Of a DNA stretch of 64,000 nt, positions 12,385 through 20,901 are shown piece by piece. The stretch lies in NCBI GenBank assembly GCA_937873175.1, contig CALMVT010000347.1:2754-66753 (forward strand), written 5' to 3'. The DNA is from an uncultured Acetobacteraceae bacterium (lineage in GTDB: Bacteria > Pseudomonadota > Alphaproteobacteria > Acetobacterales > Acetobacteraceae). Numbering within the stretch: position 1 is the stretch's first letter; the number at the start of each line of letters is the position of its first letter. The notes under the pieces were generated by a model, which searched no databases, had not been told where the DNA came from, and saw only the letters and a program-made list of their open reading frames with translations. Position numbers and translations under genes: made by a program.

Positions 12385-13275
12385 TTAGGCTGCCTGCTGC
12401 GTCGCCATGCGGCGCTCGGCCACCTGGGTCTTCATCGCCTTTTGCAGCTTCTCGAAGGCCCGGACCTCGATCTGCCGCACCCGCTCGCGCGAGATGCCGT
12501 ACTGCTGCGACAGATCCTCCAGCGTTGTCGGGTTGTCCTTCAGCCGACGCTCGATCAGGATGTGCCGCTCGCGCTCGTTCAGCGTCTTCAACGCGCCGCT
12601 CAGCAGCGCCTTACGGCCGCTCAGCTCCTCGCGGTCGGCGAGCGCAGCTTCCTGGCTATCGCTCTCGTCTACCAGCCAATCCTGCCACTCGCCCTCACTG
12701 TCGGCACGGACCGGGGCGTTCAGGCTGTTGTCCGGCGCGGCCAAGCGGCGGTTCATGCTGACCACGTCCTGCTCCGGCACCGCGAGCATGCGGGCGATCT
12801 TCGCCACCTGCTCCGGCTGCAGGTCGCCATCCTCGATGGCTTGCATCTGGCCTTTGAGCCGGCGCAGGTTGAAGAACAGCTTCTTCTGCGCGGCGGTGGT
12901 GCCCATCTTCACCAGCGACCAGCTATGTAGGATGTATTCCTGGATCGCCGCCCGAATCCACCACATCGCGTAGGTCGCGAGGCGGAAGCCACGGTCCGGG
13001 TCGAACCGCTTGACCGCCTGCATCATGCCGACGTTGCCTTCGCTGATCAGCTCGCCCACGGGCAGGCCGTAGCCGCGGTAGCCCATGGCGATCTTGGCAA
13101 CCAAACGCAGATGTGAGGTGACGAGTTGATGGGCGGCGCCCATGTCTTCGTGGTCACGCCACCGGCGCGACAGCTCCAACTCCTCCTCCGGAGCGAGCAT
13201 AGGAAACTTGCGGATCTCTTGCAGATACCGCGATAGATTGCCTTCAGGGGCAACATTAATGATGGCAGCAGCCAT
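12385..13275 (-). CDS. rpoH: RNA polymerase sigma-32 (heat-shock sigma factor)
   Basis: 296 aa with sigma-70 regions 2-4 and an RpoH-box-like segment (AAQKKLFFNLRRLK). Confidence 0.95.
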   Translation of the reverse strand: MAAAIINVAPEGNLSRYLQEIRKFPMLAPEEELELSRRWRDHEDMGAAHQLVTSHLRLVAKIAMGYRGYGLPVGELISEGNVGMMQAVKRFDPDRGFRLATYAMWWIRAAIQEYILHSWSLVKMGTTAAQKKLFFNLRRLKGQMQAIEDGDLQPEQVAKIARMLAVPEQDVVSMNRRLAAPDNSLNAPVRADSEGEWQDWLVDESDSQEAALADREELSGRKALLSGALKTLNERERHILIERRLKDNPTTLEDLSQQYGISRERVRQIEVRAFEKLQKAMKTQVAERRMATQQAA

Positions 13276-13457
13276 GTAGGGCCTCTCTCGCCTCGGTGAT
13301 CTGTCTCAACCCTATACGGCGTTGCGACATAATCGGTTGCGGCGGAATTGAAGATAGACGCGGGGATCACCATCACGTCCCAGAGACCACCCCGAAGCAA
13401 TGACCATCTGGACAGGCCCCGACGCAGCACGCCCGCCACGTCAGGTTATGCGGTTAT

Positions 13458-13478
13458 ACAGGACCTGGTAGGTCCTGT
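13458..13478 (-). terminator. perfect 9-bp inverted repeat ACAGGACCT-ggt-AGGTCCTGT abutting the rluD stop
   Basis: Read directly from the sequence. It overlaps the rluD stop codon by 1 nt and lies about 180 nt upstream of the rpoH start. It could be a terminator or an operator. Confidence 0.4.
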
Positions 13479-14521
13479 CAAGAAAAGCTGGGGTTCCCGG
13501 CCTGACAATCCAACGCCTGCACCAGAGCCGCCATATCGGCGGGCACCGGCCGCTCGAACAGCAACGCTCGTCCTGTGCGCGGATGGGCGAAGCCGAGTCG
13601 GGCCGCGTGCAGGGCCTGCCGCGGGAAGTCGAGCAGGGCGGCGCGCACGGGACTCGTCAACGCTTTTGCGGCGGCCGGGACCCGCCGGAGATACACGGGA
13701 TCGCCCACCACGGGATGTCCGGCGCTGGCCAGGTGCACGCGGATCTGGTGGGTGCGCCCCGTCGCTAGCAGGCACTCGATGAGGGTGACGGGTGATGGCC
13801 AGGTGCGCCGGGTGCGATACCGGGTCAAGGCCGGCTTGCCGCCCCGGGCCACCACGGCCATGCGCTTGCGTTCCCGCGGGTCCCGCCCGATCGCGCCCTC
13901 GATCTCGCCGCTTGGTGGATTGGGAACGCCCCAAACCAGGGCGTGATAGGCGCGGTCGATGTCGCGGGCGGCAAAGGCCGCGGAAAGCTTGGCCAGCGCC
14001 TGCTCCGTTTTGGCGATCACCATGATGCCCGTGGTGTCCTTGTCGAGCCGGTGCACGATGCCGGGCCGGCGCTCCCCGCCGATGCCGGGCAGGCTGTCGC
14101 CGCAATGCGCCAAAAGGGCATTGACCAGCGTGCCGTCCTCATTGCCCGGCGCCGGGTGCACCACCAGACCGGCCGGCTTGTCGAGCACGATCAGGTCTGC
14201 GTCTTCATGCAGGATTTCAAACGGAATAAGCTGCGGCTCCGGCCGGGCGGCGATGGCGGCCGGGGGCTGGACGATGAAGACCGCGCCGGGCCGCACGGGT
14301 TCCGCGGGGTCGCGCAGGGCCACGTTGTCCCGCAACACGGCGCCGTTCTGCATCAAAGACTTGACGCGGGAGCGGGACAACGTGCCGATGGCGTCCGCCA
14401 GGAACCGGTCCGTCCGCTGTCCAACTGCGCTTGGGCCGGCGACGACCTCGATCGCTTCCGGCAGGGATCGGATCGGAGGGAGTGCAGCGTTGGGCGCATT
14501 GAAAGCCGCGGTTGTCGTCAT
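13478..14521 (-). CDS. rluD: RluA-family 23S rRNA pseudouridine synthase (RluD-like, with S4 domain)
   Basis: S4 region ([29 protein letters not shown]) and catalytic motif [12 protein letters not shown]. The start is set at ATG 14521, which has AGGA 5 nt upstream. The longer ORF to 14632 would run antisense through the neighbouring gene. Confidence 0.88.
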   Translation of the reverse strand: MTTTAAFNAPNAALPPIRSLPEAIEVVAGPSAVGQRTDRFLADAIGTLSRSRVKSLMQNGAVLRDNVALRDPAEPVRPGAVFIVQPPAAIAARPEPQLIPFEILHEDADLIVLDKPAGLVVHPAPGNEDGTLVNALLAHCGDSLPGIGGERRPGIVHRLDKDTTGIMVIAKTEQALAKLSAAFAARDIDRAYHALVWGVPNPPSGEIEGAIGRDPRERKRMAVVARGGKPALTRYRTRRTWPSPVTLIECLLATGRTHQIRVHLASAGHPVVGDPVYLRRVPAAAKALTSPVRAALLDFPRQALHAARLGFAHPRTGRALLFERPVPADMAALVQALDCQAGNPSFS

Positions 14522-14762
14522 GGGAGTCCTGATCGTGGTCGGCACGGTGGGCTTGGTCGTCGTGCTCGCCCAGCGTATGTCGGCCACGTCCGCACCGATT
14601 GCCAGGGTCACGCTGGACGAGCCGCCCGGCACGCGGATCGCCGGCGCCTCGGCCGTCGCCGACCGAATCGCGGTTCAGCTTGCGGGCGGCGGCCCCGACC
14701 GCGTGGTGCTGGTGGATCTGAAGTCCGGCCGCGTGCTGGGCCATGTAGCGCTGGCCCGCTGA
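14490..14762 (+). CDS. small single-pass membrane protein (possibly DUF6476-like; family recalled, not verified)
   Basis: TM helix [20 protein letters not shown], strong GC3 codon bias, and GGAGGG 9 nt upstream of TTG 14490. ATG 14520 is an alternative start. Its stop overlaps the next start (TGATG). Confidence 0.6.
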   Translation: MGALKAAVVVMGVLIVVGTVGLVVVLAQRMSATSAPIARVTLDEPPGTRIAGASAVADRIAVQLAGGGPDRVVLVDLKSGRVLGHVALAR

Positions 14763-14935
14763 TGGCGCACAAGAAGCCGAACCTGCCGACCAAGCTGTGC
14801 GCGGCCTGCGGCCGCCCGTTCGCTTGGCGCAAAAAATGGGCGGCGTCGTGGGAGGAGGTGCGCTTCTGCTCCGACGCGTGCCGCACCGGGCGGCGCGACG
14901 CGGCCCGGCGCAAGGCCGCGACGAAAGACGCTTGA
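14762..14935 (+). CDS. DUF2256-type small zinc-ribbon protein
   Basis: 57 aa reading [30 protein letters not shown], with four Cys in a CxxC...CxxxC arrangement and a basic tail. Confidence 0.7.
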   Translation: MAHKKPNLPTKLCAACGRPFAWRKKWAASWEEVRFCSDACRTGRRDAARRKAATKDA

Positions 14936-14973
14936 TTCCCCGCGGCGCCTGCCCTAGTTAGCCCTTCGGCCAC

Positions 14974-15049
14974 GTCCTGTTCGTCTAGAGGCCTAGGACA
15001 CCGCCCTCTCACGGCGGTAACAGGGGTTCGAATCCCCTACGGGACGCCA
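14974..15049 (+). tRNA. tRNA-Glu (anticodon CUC), CCA encoded
   Basis: The cloverleaf was folded by eye. It is nearly identical to canonical tRNA-Glu, with anticodon loop CUCUCAC, T-arm GGGGTTCGAATCCCC and a 7-bp acceptor stem. Confidence 0.93.
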
Positions 15050-15231
15050 ATCTTGGGCTCCGCCCTGTGTTCGCCACGTCCCCCAACTCCGGCCTTCGCG
15101 CCCGAGAGATGATGGCAAAAACGGCTCAGCCAGTCCACAAAAGCCGTAACGATAAGCTGCGCGGGCCATAGGGGTTCAACCTCCAGCAGGTTGCCGATAG
15201 TTTGTCCACGTACACCACGCCAGGACGCAGC

Positions 15232-16227
15232 ATGCTTCGGAACACCGCGATTGGCTTAGCAGCGGCATCACTTATGGCCGCGCCCGGCTTCGCCGCCCCG
15301 CCGCAAGACCCAACGGGCACCTTCACGTTCCAAGTCGAAAACGACTCAGCATCAACCCAGAAAGGCACGACCGACAGCTACTACACGAGCGGGCTGCGGC
15401 TCGGCTCCACGTCGGGCACCAATGCGGTTCCGGATGCGCTGGCAGGCTTGGGCCGCGCGGTGTGGGGCGACGGGGTGCAGCGGATCAGCCTGGATATCAG
15501 CCAATCCATTTTTACGCCCCGGGCCACGCAGCTCAACCCGCCGAACCCGCGGGACCGGCCCTATGCCGGATACCTGAACGCAACCTTCGGGCTGCTGCAC
15601 GACAGCGACAATGCCCGAAGCCTGCTGGCGCTGACGCTCGGCGTGATTGGGCCGTCGGCGCTGGGGCGCCAGGTGCAGAACGGGTTCCACGATCTCATCG
15701 GCGACCGGGAAAACCGCGGCTGGTCGTCGCAGCTCAAGGACGAGCCGGCCATCGAACTTCTGGCGGAACGGACTTACCGCCTGCCCATCGCGCAATTTTA
15801 CGGCGTCGAAACCGACGCATTGCCGGCGCTCACGGTCGGGGTCGGAACCGTCCGGGATTATGTGCAGGCGGGCTTCAACGTCCGGCTCGGCCAAGGACTT
15901 GGCAGCGACTTCGGCGCGCCGCGCATCCAGCCCGGGCTGAGCGGGTCGGACGCCTACACGCCCACGCGCCCGCTTGCCTGGTACGTGTTCGCCGGCGCCG
16001 ATGGCCAGGGCGTCGCCCGCGACGTGTTCCTGGACGGCAGCACGTTCCGCGCCCGCAGCCCCTCTGTCGATAAGCGGGCGTTCTTGGGAGAGTTCCAGGT
16101 TGGCCTGGCCGCCATGTTCCATGGCGTGCGCGTGACCTACACGCAGACTTGGCAGACCGAGTCGTTCAAAGGGCAGAAAAGTGGGCTGTTCAACTTCGGC
16201 TCGCTGGCGCTGTCGGCGCGGTTCTAG
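15232..16227 (+). CDS. LpxR-family (DUF2219) outer-membrane protein, putative lipid A deacylase
   Basis: Signal peptide MLRNTAIGLAAASLMAAPGFA, then FTFQVENDS...DSYYTSGLRLG and a C-terminal aromatic residue (F). AGGA lies 6 nt before ATG 15232. Confidence 0.8.
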   Translation: MLRNTAIGLAAASLMAAPGFAAPPQDPTGTFTFQVENDSASTQKGTTDSYYTSGLRLGSTSGTNAVPDALAGLGRAVWGDGVQRISLDISQSIFTPRATQLNPPNPRDRPYAGYLNATFGLLHDSDNARSLLALTLGVIGPSALGRQVQNGFHDLIGDRENRGWSSQLKDEPAIELLAERTYRLPIAQFYGVETDALPALTVGVGTVRDYVQAGFNVRLGQGLGSDFGAPRIQPGLSGSDAYTPTRPLAWYVFAGADGQGVARDVFLDGSTFRARSPSVDKRAFLGEFQVGLAAMFHGVRVTYTQTWQTESFKGQKSGLFNFGSLALSARF

Positions 16228-17003
16228 CCGGCGGTCTCCGGCACCAGGTCGGCTGCCATCCCCGGCGCCTGGCCCGCCTCGCCATCCGTCAGCGTGCGCC
16301 AGGTGCCCTGGACCAGGATTTCGCACGGACGGAACCGGGCCTTATAGGCCATCTTACGGCTTTCCGGGACCCAGTAGCCCAGGTACACATAGGGCAGCTT
16401 CTGCGCCCGGGCGCGCTTGATCAACCATAGGATCGCGTAGGTGCCGAGCGACTGCTTCTCGCATTCCGGGGCGAAGAAGCTGTAAACCGCCGAAAGCCCG
16501 TCGCCGAGCCGGTCGGTGAGGCAGCCGCCGACCAACCGTTCGCCGGGGCCGCGGAACTCGGTGATGGTGGTCTCGATCGGCGTGTCCTCGATCATGGCGC
16601 GGTAGTCGTAGAAGCTCATGGTCGCCATGTCGCCGTCGCTGTGCCGCGCCTGCTGGTAGCGTTGGAACAGTTGAAACTGCTCCGCCGTGGCGCGGGCGGG
16701 CATGCTGTAGCCTTCCACTGCCGCATTGGCCCGGATGATGCGGCGCAGGCCGCGGTCGGGTTCAAAGGCCGCAACGGGAATCCGGATCGGCACGCAAGCC
16801 TGGCAGGACGGGCAAACCGGGGCATAGGCGATGTTGTGGCTGCGGCGGAAGCCGGCCCGGGACAGCCGGTCATGCAGATTGTCGGCGTCCGGCCCGGTGA
16901 TCTCCGTTACCACCTTGCGCTCGGTCCGGCCCGAAACGTAGGGACAAGGAAGCGGAGCCGTGGTGTAGAAGAACTGCGGGCGGCGCGGCGGCTTGTAGGT
17001 CAT
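16224..17003 (-). CDS. bpt: arginyl/leucyl-tRNA--protein transferase (N-end rule)
   Basis: 259 aa starting FFYTTAPLPCPYVSGRTERKV, with a CPSCQAC cluster. The start overlaps the RDD gene stop (ATGA). Confidence 0.9.
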   Translation of the reverse strand: MTYKPPRRPQFFYTTAPLPCPYVSGRTERKVVTEITGPDADNLHDRLSRAGFRRSHNIAYAPVCPSCQACVPIRIPVAAFEPDRGLRRIIRANAAVEGYSMPARATAEQFQLFQRYQQARHSDGDMATMSFYDYRAMIEDTPIETTITEFRGPGERLVGGCLTDRLGDGLSAVYSFFAPECEKQSLGTYAILWLIKRARAQKLPYVYLGYWVPESRKMAYKARFRPCEILVQGTWRTLTDGEAGQAPGMAADLVPETAG

Positions 17004-17545
17004 GCGTATCCGGATCCCCGGCCCATGTTCCCGAAATCGGCGGGTGCGGTCAACGCCCCGTCCAACGCCCGCGCGCGCACGACGACGAGGCCTGACGCCA
17101 AATCATGCAGGGTCCGGTTCCGTTGAGTCAGCAAGGCCGCGCCCAGCCACACCACCCCGGCGCCGAGCGTCAGCCACAGCCCGGCAGTGAACAGGATCGC
17201 CTGCAGCAGCGACGGTTGGCCCAGATCCTGGTCCCGCCGCACTGATAGGTCCATCATCGCCTGACCCGGCGTGGCGCTGCGCGCGCTCGCGACGAACAGG
17301 ATGTGGTAGGCGAGCGGCACGACCGGCAACAGCCCAAGCAGCGGCATCCCCAGCCCCAGCGTCAGCAGCCCGAAGCCGACCAGCACCACCCACAGCACGG
17401 CCACGATGCCGCCCACCAGCAGCAGGTCGATCAGCCAGGCGCATACGCGGCGGAACAGCACCCCTTCCAGCAGCGGCGCATCGTCCAAGGTTCGTCCATT
17501 CGGAGCGTGTCCAGTAGAGGCTTGTCCAGTGGAATAGGCGCTCAT
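17000..17545 (-). CDS. RDD-family membrane protein
   Basis: RDD-domain pattern (FRRVCAWLIDLLLVGG...RRDQ...RTLHDL) with 3 TM segments. The start ATG at 17545 overlaps the acylase stop (ATGA). Confidence 0.75.
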   Translation of the reverse strand: MSAYSTGQASTGHAPNGRTLDDAPLLEGVLFRRVCAWLIDLLLVGGIVAVLWVVLVGFGLLTLGLGMPLLGLLPVVPLAYHILFVASARSATPGQAMMDLSVRRDQDLGQPSLLQAILFTAGLWLTLGAGVVWLGAALLTQRNRTLHDLASGLVVVRARALDGALTAPADFGNMGRGSGYA

Positions 17546-19899
17546 GGGACCAATCCTATGCGATCCGCGACGGCGGCGGGTTGGGGGCCGATGGTGATGG
17601 ATGTGCCATCCCGCCACCGCTCCATCAAGGAGGAAGCCGTGCGGCGGAACGGGTTGCCGGACTGCCCGGGCGTCAAGGCGAACAGGCTGCGGTTCAGGTC
17701 GTCCAAGTCGTAGACTCCGCGAAACCCGGCGCCATGCACCGATGCCCAGGCATCGCCGCGCATGCTGCCCCGGTACACCGTCGTGTCATCGCCGGGCTGC
17801 ATGATCGCCGATGTGGTGAGCCGGCCGAGCATCGGCAACATTCCCAGCAGAGGGTGCGAAAAAATCGCCTGGTGCGCGCGGCCCCAAAGCCAATCGTCCG
17901 CCGTCGGCCCATAGGCGGCGGCAAGGCCGGCCATCGCGGCCTGCAGCGTCTCGGCCAACATCGGCCCACAATCCCCTTCGCACCAGCCCGCGCCGCCGGG
18001 CGACAACGCCCGGGCAACCAGGTCCGCGCTCCCGCCCGCGGCGGCCGCCGGCACGGCGGCGCGCGCCAGCATGGCCCATGCGAACTGCCGGACCCATGCG
18101 TTGAAGATGAGCGGCTGCGGCAGGTCGGGCCGCATGTCCCCGTCCCAATGGGACAGCAAGGCCAGGGCGCGCCCGGACGCCCCGTCGGCGGGCTGGGTGG
18201 CCAGCAGCGCCGGCAGGATCTGCACGGCGAAGCTGCTGACCGCATCCACCTGCATGGCGGCGAAGCCTTCCGCGTCATGCTTGGGCGTCGCCGCCAGCAT
18301 CTGCCGGATGCGCCGCGCCCGCCAATCGCCGAACCATTCGGCGCCCATGAACACCGGGAAGTTCGGCCCGGCCACGCGCTCGTTGGCGTTCACCAGCCGT
18401 CCGGTCGCGGGCGCCACGGTGCGGGGCAGGGCGCTGCCGCCCGCGTAGCCCGTCCAGTCATGGGCGCCGTCCGCGCCGTCCACCGGCACGGTGCCGTCGC
18501 CGGCGCGCCGAATCGGCACGCGGCCGGTGGTGAACTGCGCAATGGTTGTCCTGTCCGCCGCCAGCAGGTTCTGCACGGGCGACGTGACCAGTTCGGACGC
18601 CCGCCCGGCGCCGGCCACGTCCGTCGCGTGGTTCAGCGCCAGCAGCCCGGTTGCCGTGCTGTCCCCGGGCAGGAGGTTGGCCATGGCGACGGCCAGCACC
18701 GGCCCGCCGGGCGCATCCAGGTCGCTGAGCACCGGGCCGTGCCGGGTTTCCCGCACAAGGAGGCGCTCGTCCGGCGCGGCGCGCACCCGAATGCGCTCTT
18801 GGTGCTCGACAAAGGCTTGGGGACCATCCGGCGTCTGGTAGCGGCCGTCCGGGAGCACGGTTTCCACGAACACGTCCTGCGTGTCGGCGCCGGTGGTGGT
18901 GAAGGTCCAGGCAATGCGCCCGTTGTGCCCGATGACGAGGAACGGCACGCCCGGCGCCGTGGCGCCGACCAGCGCCCCGCCGGGCGTGTCGATCCGCGCC
19001 AAGTACCAGATGGCCGGCAGGCTGAAGCCGAGATGCGGGTCGCCAGCCAGCAACGGGCGGCCGGTCGCCGTCTCCCTGCCGTCCACCGCCCACTCGTTGC
19101 TGGCGGAGTTGGGCCAGGTGAACGGCTCCGGGAACTCTGGTACCGCCGCGGCCAGGCGCGTGGCCCAGTCGCTCAAGTTTCTGGGCAGGGTGCGGGCATC
19201 CGGGCGCGGCGTGTCGTCCTGCGGCGGCCACAACTCCTTCATGCGCGCGGCGGGCAGGTGGTCCCGCGCCGCCGCACGCGCCAGCTCGGACCGCCAGTTG
19301 CCCGACAGGTACAAGCCCATGGTCTTGCCCCACAGCAGGCTGTCCACCGCCGTCCAGGGTTCCGGAGGCCCGAGCGGGATGAACTCTGGCGCCGCGAGCC
19401 GGCCGCGCGCTGCGATCCAGGCGTTCACGCCCGCAACATAAGCGTCCAGCATCGCCCGTGTGTCGGCATCGAGCATCGGCAGGTCGGCCTCCGCGCGCCG
19501 GCGCAGCCCAAGCACCCGCATGGTCCGATCCAGCCGCAGCGTCGCGCCGCCGACGATTTCCGACAGACGCCCGGACGCAGCCCGGCGCATCAGCTCCATT
19601 TGGAACATGCGATCCCGGGCATGCACGAAACCGAGCGCCGCCGCGGCATCGAGGTCCGATCCCGCCGCGATCCGCGGGATGCCGTCGCCGTCCAAGCTGA
19701 TCGCAACCGGCGCTGCAAGGCCCGGAACCCGGGCTTCCGTGCCAGGGGGCGGCAAGGACAGCCAGAACAAGCCCGCCGTTGCGACGCATGTGAAGGCAAG
19801 CAGCCCAAGCAGCGCCGCGAACACAGATCCGAGGATGCGGGCCGCCACGCGAAACAGGACCCATCCGACGCCGTGCCGCGACGCCCGCACGCCGCGCAT
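17542..19899 (-). CDS. penicillin-acylase-family Ntn hydrolase (possible acyl-homoserine-lactone or beta-lactam acylase)
   Basis: 785 aa with an N-terminal signal anchor, alpha-subunit motif GFVHARDRMFQMELMRR, and a putative beta-subunit nucleophile in NSASNEWAV. Confidence 0.88.
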   Translation of the reverse strand: MRGVRASRHGVGWVLFRVAARILGSVFAALLGLLAFTCVATAGLFWLSLPPPGTEARVPGLAAPVAISLDGDGIPRIAAGSDLDAAAALGFVHARDRMFQMELMRRAASGRLSEIVGGATLRLDRTMRVLGLRRRAEADLPMLDADTRAMLDAYVAGVNAWIAARGRLAAPEFIPLGPPEPWTAVDSLLWGKTMGLYLSGNWRSELARAAARDHLPAARMKELWPPQDDTPRPDARTLPRNLSDWATRLAAAVPEFPEPFTWPNSASNEWAVDGRETATGRPLLAGDPHLGFSLPAIWYLARIDTPGGALVGATAPGVPFLVIGHNGRIAWTFTTTGADTQDVFVETVLPDGRYQTPDGPQAFVEHQERIRVRAAPDERLLVRETRHGPVLSDLDAPGGPVLAVAMANLLPGDSTATGLLALNHATDVAGAGRASELVTSPVQNLLAADRTTIAQFTTGRVPIRRAGDGTVPVDGADGAHDWTGYAGGSALPRTVAPATGRLVNANERVAGPNFPVFMGAEWFGDWRARRIRQMLAATPKHDAEGFAAMQVDAVSSFAVQILPALLATQPADGASGRALALLSHWDGDMRPDLPQPLIFNAWVRQFAWAMLARAAVPAAAAGGSADLVARALSPGGAGWCEGDCGPMLAETLQAAMAGLAAAYGPTADDWLWGRAHQAIFSHPLLGMLPMLGRLTTSAIMQPGDDTTVYRGSMRGDAWASVHGAGFRGVYDLDDLNRSLFALTPGQSGNPFRRTASSLMERWRDGTSITIGPQPAAVADRIGLVP

Positions 19900-19914
19900 T
19901 CTTAAATTGTGCCC

Positions 19915-20883
19915 TCAGTGCAGCCGGGGCGACTTCAGATGGCTGGCCCGGTCGGTCGAGGTCACGGTGACGGCGGCGGTCTTGCTGCCGCGGCCGAGTC
20001 TGATCTGCACCGGCGTGCCGGCCGGGCCGGACGCCCAAACGGCACGCCACAGCCCTGCAAGGTCCGGCACGTCCTCCCCGTTCACCGATAGGATGCGGTC
20101 CCCGGTCCGCACCCCGGCCTGGTCCGCCGGGCCGTTGTCCGCAAGACCGCCGACCACCAGGGCCTGATCGTCCTCCATGGCATACAGGCCCAGCCACGGC
20201 CGGGGCGGCCGGTTGACCCGGCCAAAGGACAGCAGGTCGTCGAGGATGGGGCGCAGCAACTGCACGGGCACGACCATGTTCATGTCCTGCCGCTTGCCGC
20301 CCTGGCCCTGCTGCAGCACCAAGGAGCCGATGCCCAGCAGCCGCCCGTCCTGCCCCACCAGCCCGGCGCCGCCCCAGAACGGGTGCGACGGCGCGGTAAA
20401 GATGGCGTCGTCCAGCACATACTCCCAATAACCCGCGAACTCCTGCCGCCCGGCCACCTTCGCCGCCACGCACTGCCTGCGCCCACCGGCGGCGGCGAAG
20501 ATCACCGGCGCGCCCACCCGCGCCTTTTCGCTGTCGCCCAGCTCCATCACCGGCAGATCGAGCTTGCCGAGCGCCTGCACCACGCCGAACCCGGTGTCCT
20601 GGTCATAGGCCATAGGGTAGCCGGCGACCGTCCGCCCGTCGTTCGCGGACAGCCAAACGGTTTCCGCCTCCGTGATCAGGTAGCCGATGGTGAGGAACAG
20701 CCCGGGCCGGATGTGCACGGCGCTTCCCGCCCGCTCGGTGCCCAGCGTGGACGCGGTGAACGCGTCTTCCGGCACGGTCGCGCGCAGCGACACGATGGAG
20801 CGCAGCGCGTGGTCAAGGTCGAAGGAATACTCGCTCGCCTTGGGCTGCAGGCTCGCCGGGATGGTTTGGTCGGTCTTGGGCAT
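19915..20883 (-). CDS. trypsin-like (S1C/HtrA-like) domain plus PDZ protein, apparently lacking catalytic His and Ser
   Basis: HtrA-like layout with a C-terminal PDZ domain (GVRTGDRILSVNGEDV). The positions equivalent to NNHVV and GNSGG read IGYLI and FWGGAG. No signal peptide is evident. Confidence 0.75.
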   Translation of the reverse strand: MPKTDQTIPASLQPKASEYSFDLDHALRSIVSLRATVPEDAFTASTLGTERAGSAVHIRPGLFLTIGYLITEAETVWLSANDGRTVAGYPMAYDQDTGFGVVQALGKLDLPVMELGDSEKARVGAPVIFAAAGGRRQCVAAKVAGRQEFAGYWEYVLDDAIFTAPSHPFWGGAGLVGQDGRLLGIGSLVLQQGQGGKRQDMNMVVPVQLLRPILDDLLSFGRVNRPPRPWLGLYAMEDDQALVVGGLADNGPADQAGVRTGDRILSVNGEDVPDLAGLWRAVWASGPAGTPVQIRLGRGSKTAAVTVTSTDRASHLKSPRLH

Positions 20884-20901
20884 CGGTCCCCGTCCGTTGG
20901 A

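Noticed and set aside
13276-13457. Tried to assign sigma-32 or sigma-70 promoter hexamers upstream of rpoH (for example CTTCAA...ATTATG on the minus strand).
   Set aside because: The matches are weak and the spacing is ambiguous. They cannot be supported without transcript mapping.
14974-15231. Possible genomic-island integration next to tRNA-Glu, and likewise next to tRNA-Pro at 35532-35608.
   Set aside because: There is no integrase, no direct repeat of the tRNA 3' end, and no compositional break visible by eye. The flanking genes are ordinary core genes.
17581-19905. A 774-aa plus-strand ORF covering the whole penicillin-acylase locus.
   Set aside because: It is antisense to a gene with clear family motifs. 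Its translation is Arg/Pro/Gly/Ala-rich with no motifs, which is typical of a spurious open frame in very GC-rich DNA.
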